Source of the DNA: Hyphomicrobiales bacterium
GTDB lineage: Bacteria; Pseudomonadota; Alphaproteobacteria; Rhizobiales; Rhizobiaceae
Reading direction: 5' to 3'
Length of the DNA stretch: 64,000 nucleotides
Assembly (NCBI GenBank): GCA_030456445.1
Contig: JAKDNM010000003.1
Location: forward strand, 4,981 to 68,980
The notes beneath the pieces were generated by a model. The model made no database searches. It saw only the letters and a program-made list of their open reading frames with translations, and was not told the origin of the DNA. Position 1 is the first letter of the stretch. Every line of letters begins with the position of its first letter. Below are positions 1-8,744 of this stretch, piece by piece. Both the position numbers and the translations under genes were made by a program.

Positions 1-95
1 CGATCTTCGTCAGCCTGCCGATGAACTCGCTCGATAGGCTGGCTCTGCAAAGGCGGCTTAACGAGATCGGCCGCCACCTGCCCGAAACCGGTTGA
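1..95 (+). CDS. arsC: Arsenate reductase (LMW-PTP/thioredoxin type), C-terminal fragment cut by window edge
   Basis: Frame from base 3 reads IFVSLPMNSLDRLALQRRLNEIGRHLPETG*, the typical C-terminus of alphaproteobacterial ArsC; stop TGA 93-95; lies directly upstream of an AqpS-like channel. Confidence 0.7.
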   Translation, partial: IFVSLPMNSLDRLALQRRLNEIGRHLPETG

Positions 96-100
96 CCGAA

Positions 101-802
101 ATGGTGTTCGATCTGCCGCGCCGCATGGCGGCCGAAGCCCTCGGCACGGGCATTCTCGTGGCAGCCGTCGTCGGCTCCGGCATCATGGCCGACCGACTGA
201 CGGACGATGTCGCCCTGGCCTTGCTCGCCAACACATTGCCGACAGGCGCGGTCCTCGTGGTGCTGATTTCGATCCTCGAACCGATCTCCGGAGCGCACTT
301 CAACCCGGCGGTCACCCTTGTCTTCGCGCTCCGTCGCGAGATGGCAGTGAACGCCGCCCTTGCCTACGTCGCGATGCAGGTGTTCGGCGGCATTGGCGGA
401 GTGTTCCTCGCGCACGCGATGTTCGAGCTGCCGCTCCTGCAAGTCTCGCAGACCATCAGGACGGGATCGGGACAGTGGATCGCCGAGGTGGTGGCCGCCT
501 TCGGTCTCGTCTTCACGATCCTTGCGGGCCTGCGCTTCCGGCCGGACGCCGTTCCTTGGCTGGTCGGGCTCTTCATCACCGCCGCCTATTGGTTCACGGC
601 ATCGACGTCATTCGCCAACCCGGCCGTGGCGGTCGCCCGCGCTTTCACCGACACCTTCGCGGGCATTCGCCCGATCGACGTGCCGGCCTTCATTGCCGCC
701 CAGCTTGCCGGTGCGAGCCTCGCGCTGGCCGTGGCGGGATGGCTCACCGCGGAGCAGAAGCCTGTCGGCAACCCAAGCCGTGAGCCGGAAGCAGCCGCAT
801 AA
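101..802 (+). CDS. aqpS: MIP/aquaporin family channel, AqpS-like (arsenite efflux context)
   Basis: Two NPA boxes (SGAHFNPAVT, SFANPAVA), six hydrophobic segments, between arsC-like sequences; ATG 101 chosen over TTG 92. Confidence 0.85.
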   Translation: MVFDLPRRMAAEALGTGILVAAVVGSGIMADRLTDDVALALLANTLPTGAVLVVLISILEPISGAHFNPAVTLVFALRREMAVNAALAYVAMQVFGGIGGVFLAHAMFELPLLQVSQTIRTGSGQWIAEVVAAFGLVFTILAGLRFRPDAVPWLVGLFITAAYWFTASTSFANPAVAVARAFTDTFAGIRPIDVPAFIAAQLAGASLALAVAGWLTAEQKPVGNPSREPEAAA

Positions 803-863
803 CGATCACGATCGACATAACCCCGACAGCAGCACGTCCCGCGACACGCCGGCCATGATCCGT
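799..863 (+). pseudogene. Decayed 5' remnant of glutaredoxin-type arsenate reductase (ArsC)
   Basis: Reads (ATA)-T-I-T-I, 1-nt frameshift, then HNPDSSTSRDTPAMIR versus the family N-terminus MTITIYHNPxCGTSRNTLAMIR; start codon lost, catalytic Cys changed to Ser, similarity ends at 863. Confidence 0.75.
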
Positions 864-970
864 CCGCCAGCGCAACTCCGCCGCCAAAGCGGAGAGGTCT
901 CCCCGCACGCAGCCGATGCTCCCTTGCCGGAACACACACCCGGTGTCCACATTCTGCTGGACCGAAGTGA

Positions 971-1002
971 TCCTCAATAGTATTAATAAATACCAATTAG
1001 AA
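971..1002. promoter_or_regulatory. Tandem operator pair (TACYnATnRGTA family)
   Basis: TCCTCAATAGTA 971-982 and TACCAATTAGAA 991-1002, 20 bp apart, in an AT-rich patch before the first island gene. Confidence 0.6.
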
Positions 1003-1025
1003 TTGATGCGCCGATCGATGGAGGC

Positions 1026-2690
1026 ATGATGAGGATTTTCGAGGCGGTGGCCGAGGCGCTCGCCGCGGAGCAGATACCGACGATCTTCGGCGTGATGGGC
1101 GACGGCAATATGTCCCTGTGGTCGACCATTGTAGCCCGCAATTCGGCACAGATGATTTCCGCGCGTAACGAAGCCGGCGCGGTCGCGATGGCGGACGGCT
1201 TCTTTCGCGCGACGGGAGATGTTGGCGTCGCGACAGTCACCTGCGGGCCCGGTCTGACGCAGATCGGCACGTCTTTGATGGCGGCGGCGCGCAACCGCTC
1301 CGCTATCGTCGTCATCTGCGGCGAGATTCCCCCAGGGGCGGTAAACAAGCTGCAATCGATGGATCAGCGGCGCTTCGTCGAGGCGTGTTGCGCGCGCTAT
1401 GTATCCATCACCGGGTCGCCCGATCTCGCTCGTGAACTTGTCCAGGCCTTCTATCTGGCCCGGCTGGAATCCTGTCCTGTCGTCCTCAACCTTCCCAACG
1501 ACATTCAGGAGCGTGTCCTTGAAGGCGACTGGCGCTACCTGCCGGCCGCGGATTTCCTGCCCGAACAGACACCTGCCGCATGTGAGAAGGATATAGAGGC
1601 ACTGGCGGACGCGCTCTCCAGTGCCCGCCGGCCCCTCCTCATTGCGGGCAAGGGCGCGCGTCTTTCCGGGGCGGCGGGCGAGGTGGTTTCCCTGGCGCAA
1701 CGCGTCGGCGCTCTCCTGGGGACATCCCTCCAGGCGAAGGGTATGTTCTCCGATGAAGACTGGTCGCTTGGAATCGTCGGCGGCTACTCCTGTGCCGCGA
1801 CGGAGGAATTGTGCCGCCAGGCCGATCTCGTCATCGGTATCGGGGCAGAGATCGGTCACTATACGAGTTGGGGCGGGACGTTGTTTCCGCAAGCGACGGT
1901 GATGCGGATAGATGTGGCTGCGCCGTCGACGGACATACAGGCTGCCGCCGGTCGGCATGTGCGAGCAGATGCCTGCACGACGCTTGCGCGAGTCAACCGG
2001 GAGTTGGAGCACAGACAGGTGCGTGCCGAGGGTTTCCGTAGTGCCCTGACGCGCGGGACGATGGCGCTCATGCCCGAGCCGTTGCCGGAGGCGGCGGACG
2101 GCATCGATCCGCGCACGCTGGCAAGGGCATTGGGCCCGCTCATGTCCGAGAACGCCATGCTTACCTGCGGGGTCGGGCATTTCCAGGGTTTCGTCGCCAC
2201 CTATACCCGTCTCCGGCCGGGAACCCAGGTTGAATTCTCCAGCCAGTTCGGCGCTGTCGGGCAGACGCTCCCGATCGCCATCGGCATTGGTGCCGCGCAT
2301 CCGGGGCGCCCCCATCTGGTGATCGAAGGCGACGGCAGCCTCATGATGAACATGCAGGAACTCGACACCGCCGCGCGTTGCCGACAGCCGATGGTTCTCC
2401 TGGTCTGGAACGATCGCGGCTATGGCGCAGAGGCACAGCGCCTTCCGCTCAAGGGCTTTTCGCCCGCTCCCGCGCAATGGGAGACACCGGATTTCGGCGC
2501 CTTGGCGCGCGCCGTAGGAGGAGATGGCGTGATGCTGCACCATCTCGATGATCTCGAGGATGCCGTGCGGCGGGGGTTTGCCGCCGGAGGACTGTTCGTC
2601 ATCGACGCTCGCGTTTCTCCCACGGAAACGAGCGACAGTTATCGCAAGCTCTATATGGGCCAGCCCAACTTCGCGCCGCTTACGGCCTGA
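1026..2690 (+). CDS. Thiamine pyrophosphate-dependent enzyme (acetolactate synthase/decarboxylase/lyase superfamily)
   Basis: ARNEAGAVAMADG catalytic Glu region, TCGPG motif, TPP motif EGDGSLMM...VWND; RBS GGAGG before ATG. Confidence 0.9.
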   Translation: MMRIFEAVAEALAAEQIPTIFGVMGDGNMSLWSTIVARNSAQMISARNEAGAVAMADGFFRATGDVGVATVTCGPGLTQIGTSLMAAARNRSAIVVICGEIPPGAVNKLQSMDQRRFVEACCARYVSITGSPDLARELVQAFYLARLESCPVVLNLPNDIQERVLEGDWRYLPAADFLPEQTPAACEKDIEALADALSSARRPLLIAGKGARLSGAAGEVVSLAQRVGALLGTSLQAKGMFSDEDWSLGIVGGYSCAATEELCRQADLVIGIGAEIGHYTSWGGTLFPQATVMRIDVAAPSTDIQAAAGRHVRADACTTLARVNRELEHRQVRAEGFRSALTRGTMALMPEPLPEAADGIDPRTLARALGPLMSENAMLTCGVGHFQGFVATYTRLRPGTQVEFSSQFGAVGQTLPIAIGIGAAHPGRPHLVIEGDGSLMMNMQELDTAARCRQPMVLLVWNDRGYGAEAQRLPLKGFSPAPAQWETPDFGALARAVGGDGVMLHHLDDLEDAVRRGFAAGGLFVIDARVSPTETSDSYRKLYMGQPNFAPLTA

Positions 2691-2723
2691 CCGCGCTTAC
2701 GCTCGCTCGAAAGCGGCTATTGA

Positions 2724-2755
2724 TTCCGATTGGTAGTTTGAGATACTGAATGGAA
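2724..2755. promoter_or_regulatory. Tandem operator pair (TACYnATnRGTA family)
   Basis: TTCCGATTGGTA 2724-2735 and TACTGAATGGAA 2744-2755, 20 bp apart. Confidence 0.65.
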
Positions 2756-2807
2756 TATATTGCACATCCCGCTGGATGCGCTTCATTCTGGTGAGACCAT
2801 CGCTACA

Positions 2808-4985
2808 ATGCCTTCAGTTTCCGCAACCGAACGGACGAATTCCCCCGCGACTTATGGCGAGGCCGGGCTCGCACGACTACTTTCGCCGGCCTCGATCGCG
2901 ATCATCGGAGCTTCGGACCGCTCACGCTGGTCGACGACGATCGTACAGAATCTCGATAGCTGCGGTTACCGGGGCAGGCTCTCCCTAATCAACCCGCGCG
3001 GTGGGATGGTGCATGGCCGCCAAGCGCTATCGTCCTGCGCCGAGGTCGAAGGCGGCATCGACATGGGCGTCGTACTGGTGCCCGGCGAAGCCGTGCCCGG
3101 CGTCGTGGCCGATCTCGCCGATGCCGGCGCGCGTTCGGCCATGATCCTCACATCGGGCTTCGCCGAAACCGGCGAAGATGGCGCCCGACGGCAGATGCAA
3201 GTGCTTGAATTGGCCCGCTCGCGTAATCTCAGGCTTCTTGGCCCCAACAGTCTCGGTTACCTCAACTTCGCAGACAGGGTCTGGGCCTGGGCGACGCCGA
3301 TCAAGGCTCCTTCTCGCAGCGAGGGTGTCGGGATCCTGTCGCAGAGCGGAGCAACCGCCCTATTCATGGCCAATCTCGCTTATGAGCAGGATATCGGCTT
3401 GAGCCATGTGATCGCCACCGGCAATGAGGCCGACACCGGTATCACCGACTTTCTTGATCATCTGATCGACATGCCGTCCGTGCGCTCGCTCGCTCTTTTC
3501 ATCGAGACTGTCCGCGACCCAGAAGGTTTCATCCGTGCGGCGGAAAAGGCGTTGCGCATGGCCAAGCCGATTGTCGTCCTGAAAGTCGGCGCCAGCGAGG
3601 TGACGGCGCGTTCGGCCGAGGCCCATACCGGCGCACTGGTCGGCGACGATCGCGTCTTCGACGGCATCTGCCGCCAGTACGGCATTATCCGCGTCGGTGC
3701 GATCGAAGAATTGCTGGCCACCGCCGACATTGCCGCTCGAACGGGCGTATTGCGTCCAGGCGGCATTGCCGTGCTGTCGAACTCCGGCGGTATCTGCGAA
3801 ATAGCTGCCGACCGGGCGGAAGAACACGGCATAGCATTGCCGGAATTGTCGGAAGCGGCCGAAGCGACGCTTCGCGAGCTCATTCCGGGCTATGGTACGC
3901 CGCATAATCCGCTTGACCTGACCGGCGGCATAGATCCGGCTAATTGCGAACGGATCGTGCGTGTGCTGGGCCAGGAGGGAGTTTATTCCGCGATCCTTTG
4001 TCCCTATTATCCGGTGCCGGCGCGAGAGGACCAGATCAGCGAAAGGCTGACGGCGCTGCACCATGGGATCGCGCGCGGCATGGCCGGCAATGATGTGCCC
4101 GGGTTGCTGGTCAGTTACACGAGCACTCATGTGACCGACCTGACAAGGGAGATCGTGGCGCGGGATGCGCTTCCCTACCACGCCTGCGGCCTGGATCGCG
4201 CCGTCGCCGCCCTGGCCGGCATAATGCGCTGGTCGGAACGTCAGCGAAACCCGCCCTCTATTCCGTCGGCCGCTGCGGCCATACATCCCTCGCGGGAAGG
4301 AGCAAGGCCAGGGACGGAGCACGAGGCATTGTCATTCCTGGCGTCCTTCGGGGTTCCGGTAGTCCCGGCGCGTCTCGTGACCACGGCCGCCGATGCTGCC
4401 GCGGCAGCCTTGGAGATGGACGGTGCGGTCGCGGTCAAGATTGCGTCGCCGGATATCGCCCATAAAAGCGACATCGGCGGCGTGATCCTCAACGTCGAGG
4501 GCCGTGCGGCGGTGGAGCAGGCATTCCTTCGTGTGGTGGAAGCGGCCCGCCGACACAAGCCTGGTGCCCGCATCGATGGCGCGGTCGTCTCGCCGATGCG
4601 CCAGGGCGGCCTGGAGCTTTTTGTCGGCTGCACGCGCGATCCGCAATGGGGACCCGTCCTGGCGGTTGGCCTTGGCGGCATATGGGTGGAAATCCTCAAG
4701 GATGTCTCGCTGCGGCTGCTGCCCGTCGATGGGAGGGAGGTCAGGCGGATGCTGAACGAGTTGCGTGGAGCCGGGCTGCTTGCCGGGCAGCGGGGCGTTC
4801 CAGGCGCGGATCAGGACGCCGTCGCGGAAGCGATCGTGCGCATAGGAGATGCGGCCGCGGCATGCGGCTCCGATCTACGTGCGCTCGATGTCAATCCGCT
4901 ATGGGTTCGGGGCAGCCGGGTGGAGGCGCTGGATGCGCTGTTCGACTGGCAGCCGGAGAAGGTCGAATCCGGCGCTGAGCGCTAA
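2808..4985 (+). CDS. ADP-forming acyl-CoA synthetase (acetate-CoA ligase family, CoA-binding + ATP-grasp)
   Basis: IIGAS CoA-binding start, LLGPNSLG, SQSG, phospho-His AHTGAL, NPLDLTG, C-terminal ATP-grasp HKSDIGGV; ATG 2808 preferred to TTG 2760. Confidence 0.9.
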   Translation: MPSVSATERTNSPATYGEAGLARLLSPASIAIIGASDRSRWSTTIVQNLDSCGYRGRLSLINPRGGMVHGRQALSSCAEVEGGIDMGVVLVPGEAVPGVVADLADAGARSAMILTSGFAETGEDGARRQMQVLELARSRNLRLLGPNSLGYLNFADRVWAWATPIKAPSRSEGVGILSQSGATALFMANLAYEQDIGLSHVIATGNEADTGITDFLDHLIDMPSVRSLALFIETVRDPEGFIRAAEKALRMAKPIVVLKVGASEVTARSAEAHTGALVGDDRVFDGICRQYGIIRVGAIEELLATADIAARTGVLRPGGIAVLSNSGGICEIAADRAEEHGIALPELSEAAEATLRELIPGYGTPHNPLDLTGGIDPANCERIVRVLGQEGVYSAILCPYYPVPAREDQISERLTALHHGIARGMAGNDVPGLLVSYTSTHVTDLTREIVARDALPYHACGLDRAVAALAGIMRWSERQRNPPSIPSAAAAIHPSREGARPGTEHEALSFLASFGVPVVPARLVTTAADAAAAALEMDGAVAVKIASPDIAHKSDIGGVILNVEGRAAVEQAFLRVVEAARRHKPGARIDGAVVSPMRQGGLELFVGCTRDPQWGPVLAVGLGGIWVEILKDVSLRLLPVDGREVRRMLNELRGAGLLAGQRGVPGADQDAVAEAIVRIGDAAAACGSDLRALDVNPLWVRGSRVEALDALFDWQPEKVESGAER

Positions 4986-5019
4986 AATCCCCGCGCGAGA
5001 ATCGGTTCGAGGAGAAATC

Positions 5020-6171
5020 ATGTCATTGAACGGTAAGGGCGCTGTCACCGGTATCGGAGAGACGCAATATATGCGGGGCTCGCCGAAGAGCGCGTTCAGG
5101 CTCCAGATCGAGGCTTCGCTCAAGGCGATCGAGGACGCCGGTCTGACGCCGAAGGACATAGACGGCATTATCCCGATTGGCATTACCGGTGCGCCGGCGG
5201 AAGCTTTCGCCACCAATTTCGGCATAGAGGATTTGCGCTTTTCGGCTGTGGCGCCCCTCGGCGGAGCGAGCGGGATAGCCTCCGTCCAGGCGGCGGTCGC
5301 GGCGATCGCGGCCGGCATTTGCAACCACGTCCTTATCCCGTCCGGCCGCAACGTCACCTCGGGTGCGCGCGCTGGCGTGCGCATTCACCAGATGCCGCAG
5401 TTTCATCTGGTGACCGAGTTCGAATATCCGCTTGGGGCCATCGCGCCCGCGCAGCTCTATGCGCCGATGGCGCGGCGCCATATGGAACTCTACGGAACCA
5501 GCAGCCGGCAGTTCGCCGAGGTTGCAGTCGCGATGCGCGAGCATGCCGTGATGCACGGCAACGCGGTCATGAAAAAGCCGATCACCATAGAAGACCATCA
5601 GAATTCGCGGATGATCGCCGATCCGTTCCGGCTGCTCGATTGCAGCCTGGAAAGCGACGGCGGAGCGGCGCTGGTGATAAGCGCGGCCGAGCGCGTGCGC
5701 GACATGCGCCAGCCCGGCGTCGTCATAGCCGGGATAGCCGAAGGGCACCCCGACTCGCCAAGCTCGATCACGCAGCGGCCGGACATGACCAGGCTCGGCA
5801 TTGCCAAGGCCGCGCCGCGTGCATTCGCGATGGCGGGCGTATCGCCCGCGGAAATCCAGGTGGCCGAGATCTACGACTGCTTTACCTACATCGTGATCTG
5901 CCAGCTCGAGGACATGGGCTTCTGCAAGAAGGGCGAGGGCGGCGCCTTCGTCGAAAACGGGAGGCTCCGGCTCGGCGGCGGGCTTCCCACAAACACGCAT
6001 GGAGGTCTCCTGTCGCAGGCTCACATGCTCGGCATGAATCACGTCGTCGAACTGGTGCGCCAACTCCGCGGACAGGGAGGCGCGACGCAAGTCGAGGGCG
6101 CCGAGATCGGCCTGGCCACCGGCTATGGCGACCTGGGCGACGGCGCAATGGTCATCATGCGGCGCGCATAG
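5020..6171 (+). CDS. Thiolase-fold protein lacking catalytic Cys (Ltp2/SCP-x-like, probable aldolase)
   Basis: GIGET start, PLGGASG where thiolases have Cys, YDCFT, NTHGGLLS; RBS GGAG before ATG 5020; followed by DUF35 gene. Confidence 0.85.
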   Translation: MSLNGKGAVTGIGETQYMRGSPKSAFRLQIEASLKAIEDAGLTPKDIDGIIPIGITGAPAEAFATNFGIEDLRFSAVAPLGGASGIASVQAAVAAIAAGICNHVLIPSGRNVTSGARAGVRIHQMPQFHLVTEFEYPLGAIAPAQLYAPMARRHMELYGTSSRQFAEVAVAMREHAVMHGNAVMKKPITIEDHQNSRMIADPFRLLDCSLESDGGAALVISAAERVRDMRQPGVVIAGIAEGHPDSPSSITQRPDMTRLGIAKAAPRAFAMAGVSPAEIQVAEIYDCFTYIVICQLEDMGFCKKGEGGAFVENGRLRLGGGLPTNTHGGLLSQAHMLGMNHVVELVRQLRGQGGATQVEGAEIGLATGYGDLGDGAMVIMRRA

Positions 6172-6180
6172 GAGGACGAC

Positions 6181-6588
6181 ATGGCCACGACCGACAAGCC
6201 CCTTCCGCACGAAACAGAAGACAGCCAGCCATATTGGGCCAAGGCGAAGGGCGGTGTGCTGGCGATCCAGCGCTGCGCCGATTGCGGCAGGCTACGCCAT
6301 TATCCTCGTCTCGTCTGCGACAATTGCCATTCGCTAGAGGCCGATTGGATCGATGCCAGCGGGCGCGCCGTGCTGCATTCCTGGACTGTCGCGCACCATG
6401 CCTTCCATCCGGGCTTTGCAGGCGATGTTCCTTACGTCCTCGCCACGGTGGAACTGGAGGAAGGTCCGCGCGCGCTTGGCATTCTCGATTGCCCGGCGGA
6501 CGCCGGACTGAAGCCCGGGATGGCGGTCACGGCCCGGTTCGAGCAACGCGCCGACGGTGCGAGCGAGCTTCATTTCGCTCCGGCCTGA
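6181..6588 (+). CDS. Zn-ribbon/OB-fold DUF35 protein
   Basis: CADCG...CDNCHS zinc ribbon, PYVLATVELEEG OB-fold, adjacent to thiolase-like gene. Confidence 0.9.
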   Translation: MATTDKPLPHETEDSQPYWAKAKGGVLAIQRCADCGRLRHYPRLVCDNCHSLEADWIDASGRAVLHSWTVAHHAFHPGFAGDVPYVLATVELEEGPRALGILDCPADAGLKPGMAVTARFEQRADGASELHFAPA

Positions 6589-6594
6589 CAGGCT

Positions 6595-6660
6595 ATCATA
6601 TTGTTTTACGCAATTCCGGATGGAAAACCGGTTCCCGTTCTTCCTGGAATTGCTCTAAAC
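6595..6660 (-). repeat. Rhizobiales intergenic palindromic repeat (RIME-like)
   Basis: Reverse complement GTTTAGAGCAATTCCAGGAAGAACGGGAACCGGTTTTCCATCCGGAATTGCGTAAAACAATATGAT closely matches 54503-54584. Confidence 0.8.
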
Positions 6661-6686
6661 GAATCCCACGAGGGAGTACGACAGCG

Positions 6687-7820
6687 ATGCTGACAAAAAT
6701 ATGCGAAAAGCTCGGCTGCGACGTGCCGATCTTCGCCTTCTCGCACTGCCGCGACGTGGTCGTGGAGGTGTCGAAGGCCGGAGGTTTTGGCGTGCTCGGC
6801 GCAGCCACTTTCGGCCCGGAGCAACTCGAGGCGGAATTGCGCTGGATCGACGATCACGTCGAGGGTCGACCCTACGGCGTCGATGTCATCATCCCGACGA
6901 AATACGATACGGAAGCGGAAGCCGAAACGGGCAAGACCGATCTTCATGACCTGATCCCGCCGGAACATAAGGCGTTCATGGAGCGCATACTGACGGATGC
7001 CGGGGTGCCGGAGCTTCCTGACGACGAGCGCCGGCGCGTGCATCGCGAGATCATGGAAGGCCGGGGCGCCATGACGCCTGATGGCGCCCGTCGCCTGGTG
7101 CGAACGGCGCTTGACCATCCGCAGGTGAAGCTTGTGGTGAGCGCGCTTGGCGCCCCGCCGCCCGACATCGTGGAGGAATTGCGCGCAAGAAGCGTCATGC
7201 TCGGCGCGCTCTGCGGCAAGCCCGCCCACGCCGTCCGGCAGAAGAAGGCCGGCGTCGAGTTGATCATAGCGCAGGGGACCGAGGCCGGCGGCCATACGGG
7301 CGATATCTCGACATTGGTGCTGGTGCCCCAGATCATCGATGCGATCGACAACACGATACCGGTGCTGGCGGCTGGAGGCATCTCGCGCGGCAGCCAGGTC
7401 GCGGCCGCCATCGCCATGGGCGCGGAAGGCGTGTGGTGCGGGTCGATCTGGCTCGGCACGCAGGAAAGCGAGCTCAACACCTTCGAAAAGGAAGCCTTGT
7501 TCAAGGCACGCACCGAGGACGCCGTGCGCCGTCGAGCGCGCACGGGTAAGCCCGTACGCATGCTCAGGAGCAGGCTTTCCGAGGCCTGGGAAGAGGAGGG
7601 CGCGCCGCCTTACCTGCTGCCGCCGCTGCAAGGCATTCTCTACAACGAGGCACATGCGCGCGTCGTGCGCGCCCAGCGCGGCGACCTATTTTCCTTCCCC
7701 GTTGGCCAGGTGGTGGGAACGATGACGAGCGAGACGACGGTCAAGCAGGTCATGTACCAGATGCAGGTGGAATATATCGAAGCGCTGGAGCGGGTCTCGG
7801 CGCTGATACCTTCGGATTGA
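6687..7820 (+). CDS. Nitronate monooxygenase / FabK-like FMN oxidoreductase
   Basis: MLTKICEKLGCDVPIFAFSH start, IAQGTEAGGHTG, VLAAGGI; RBS GGGAG before ATG 6687. Confidence 0.85.
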   Translation: MLTKICEKLGCDVPIFAFSHCRDVVVEVSKAGGFGVLGAATFGPEQLEAELRWIDDHVEGRPYGVDVIIPTKYDTEAEAETGKTDLHDLIPPEHKAFMERILTDAGVPELPDDERRRVHREIMEGRGAMTPDGARRLVRTALDHPQVKLVVSALGAPPPDIVEELRARSVMLGALCGKPAHAVRQKKAGVELIIAQGTEAGGHTGDISTLVLVPQIIDAIDNTIPVLAAGGISRGSQVAAAIAMGAEGVWCGSIWLGTQESELNTFEKEALFKARTEDAVRRRARTGKPVRMLRSRLSEAWEEEGAPPYLLPPLQGILYNEAHARVVRAQRGDLFSFPVGQVVGTMTSETTVKQVMYQMQVEYIEALERVSALIPSD

Positions 7821-7829
7821 GAGGGCGGC

Positions 7830-8594
7830 ATGAGCGACGAGGTACTGGTCGAACGCGCAGACGGCATCATCATCATCACCATCAATCGTCCGGAAGCACG
7901 CAACGCCGTCAACCGCGCCGTGTCGTACGGCGTATGCGCGGCGGTGGACGAACTCGATGCCGACGACAATCTGAGGGTAGGCATCCTGACCGGCGCGGGC
8001 GGCACGTTCTGCGCGGGAATGGACCTGAAGGCCTATCTGAAAGGGGAGGTGACCCGGGTCGAAGGGCGAGGCATTCTCGGGATCGCTCAGACTCCACCGA
8101 AGAAGCCCCTCATTGCGGCGGTAGAAGGCTACGCGCTCGCAGGCGGCTTCGAAGCCGTCCTCGCCTGTGATCTCGTCGTGGCGGCGAGCAACGCGAAATT
8201 CGGTATCCCGGAAGTCAAACGAGGCCTGGCCGCCGCCGCTGGCGGACTCATGCGCCTTCCACGCGCCGTACCCCCCCGCGTTGCCATGGAGATGGCGCTC
8301 ACCGGAGAAATGGTAGACGCCGAACGGCTCCATGCGCTCGGCCTGGTCAACCGGCTGACGACGCCGGGCGGCGCGCTCGACGAGGCTCGCCGGCTGGCAC
8401 GCAGCATCTGCGCCAATGCTCCGTTGGCTGTTGCCGCAAGCAAGCGTGTCATCGTGGAGCAGGTGGACTGGCCGCTAGCAGAACTGTTCGATCGCCAGCA
8501 ACCCATCACCGGCCATCTCCTTTCTTCGGATGATGCGCGGGAGGGAGCCACCGCATTCGCAGAAAAACGCCAGCCCGTGTGGAAAGGTAGCTAG
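7830..8594 (+). CDS. Enoyl-CoA hydratase/isomerase (crotonase)
   Basis: ITINRPEARNA, FCAGMDL, GYALAGGFE, FGIPEVKRG (both catalytic Glu present). Confidence 0.95.
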   Translation: MSDEVLVERADGIIIITINRPEARNAVNRAVSYGVCAAVDELDADDNLRVGILTGAGGTFCAGMDLKAYLKGEVTRVEGRGILGIAQTPPKKPLIAAVEGYALAGGFEAVLACDLVVAASNAKFGIPEVKRGLAAAAGGLMRLPRAVPPRVAMEMALTGEMVDAERLHALGLVNRLTTPGGALDEARRLARSICANAPLAVAASKRVIVEQVDWPLAELFDRQQPITGHLLSSDDAREGATAFAEKRQPVWKGS

Positions 8595-8656
8595 AACCGA
8601 TTGATACCTTGCCGAATGCCTTTTTATCACACAGAATAAACTTGTACTTGTCAGTA
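8595..8656. promoter_or_regulatory. Operator sites (TACYnATnRGTA family)
   Basis: AACCGATTGATA 8595-8606 and TACTTGTCAGTA 8645-8656 upstream of dctP1. Confidence 0.6.
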
Positions 8657-8744
8657 TAAGCGCCTGCCGAGGCGACCCGGCGGCGCGGCGATAATCCAGT
8701 CAGGGTCGGTCGGCCCTTGGGGCCTGGTTTCACGGGAGGTTGGA

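Noticed and set aside
864-965. Possible IS3-like remnant at the left junction (minus-strand VRGDLSALAAEL; GGTGTCCACATTCTG weakly similar to the right-hand IS end)
   Set aside because: Similarity is too short and degenerate to support by eye; needs an alignment
7860-7885. Poly-His run (HHHHHH) in ORF 7817-8170
   Set aside because: Alternate-frame reading of ATC ATC ATC ACC ATC (IIITI) in the crotonase
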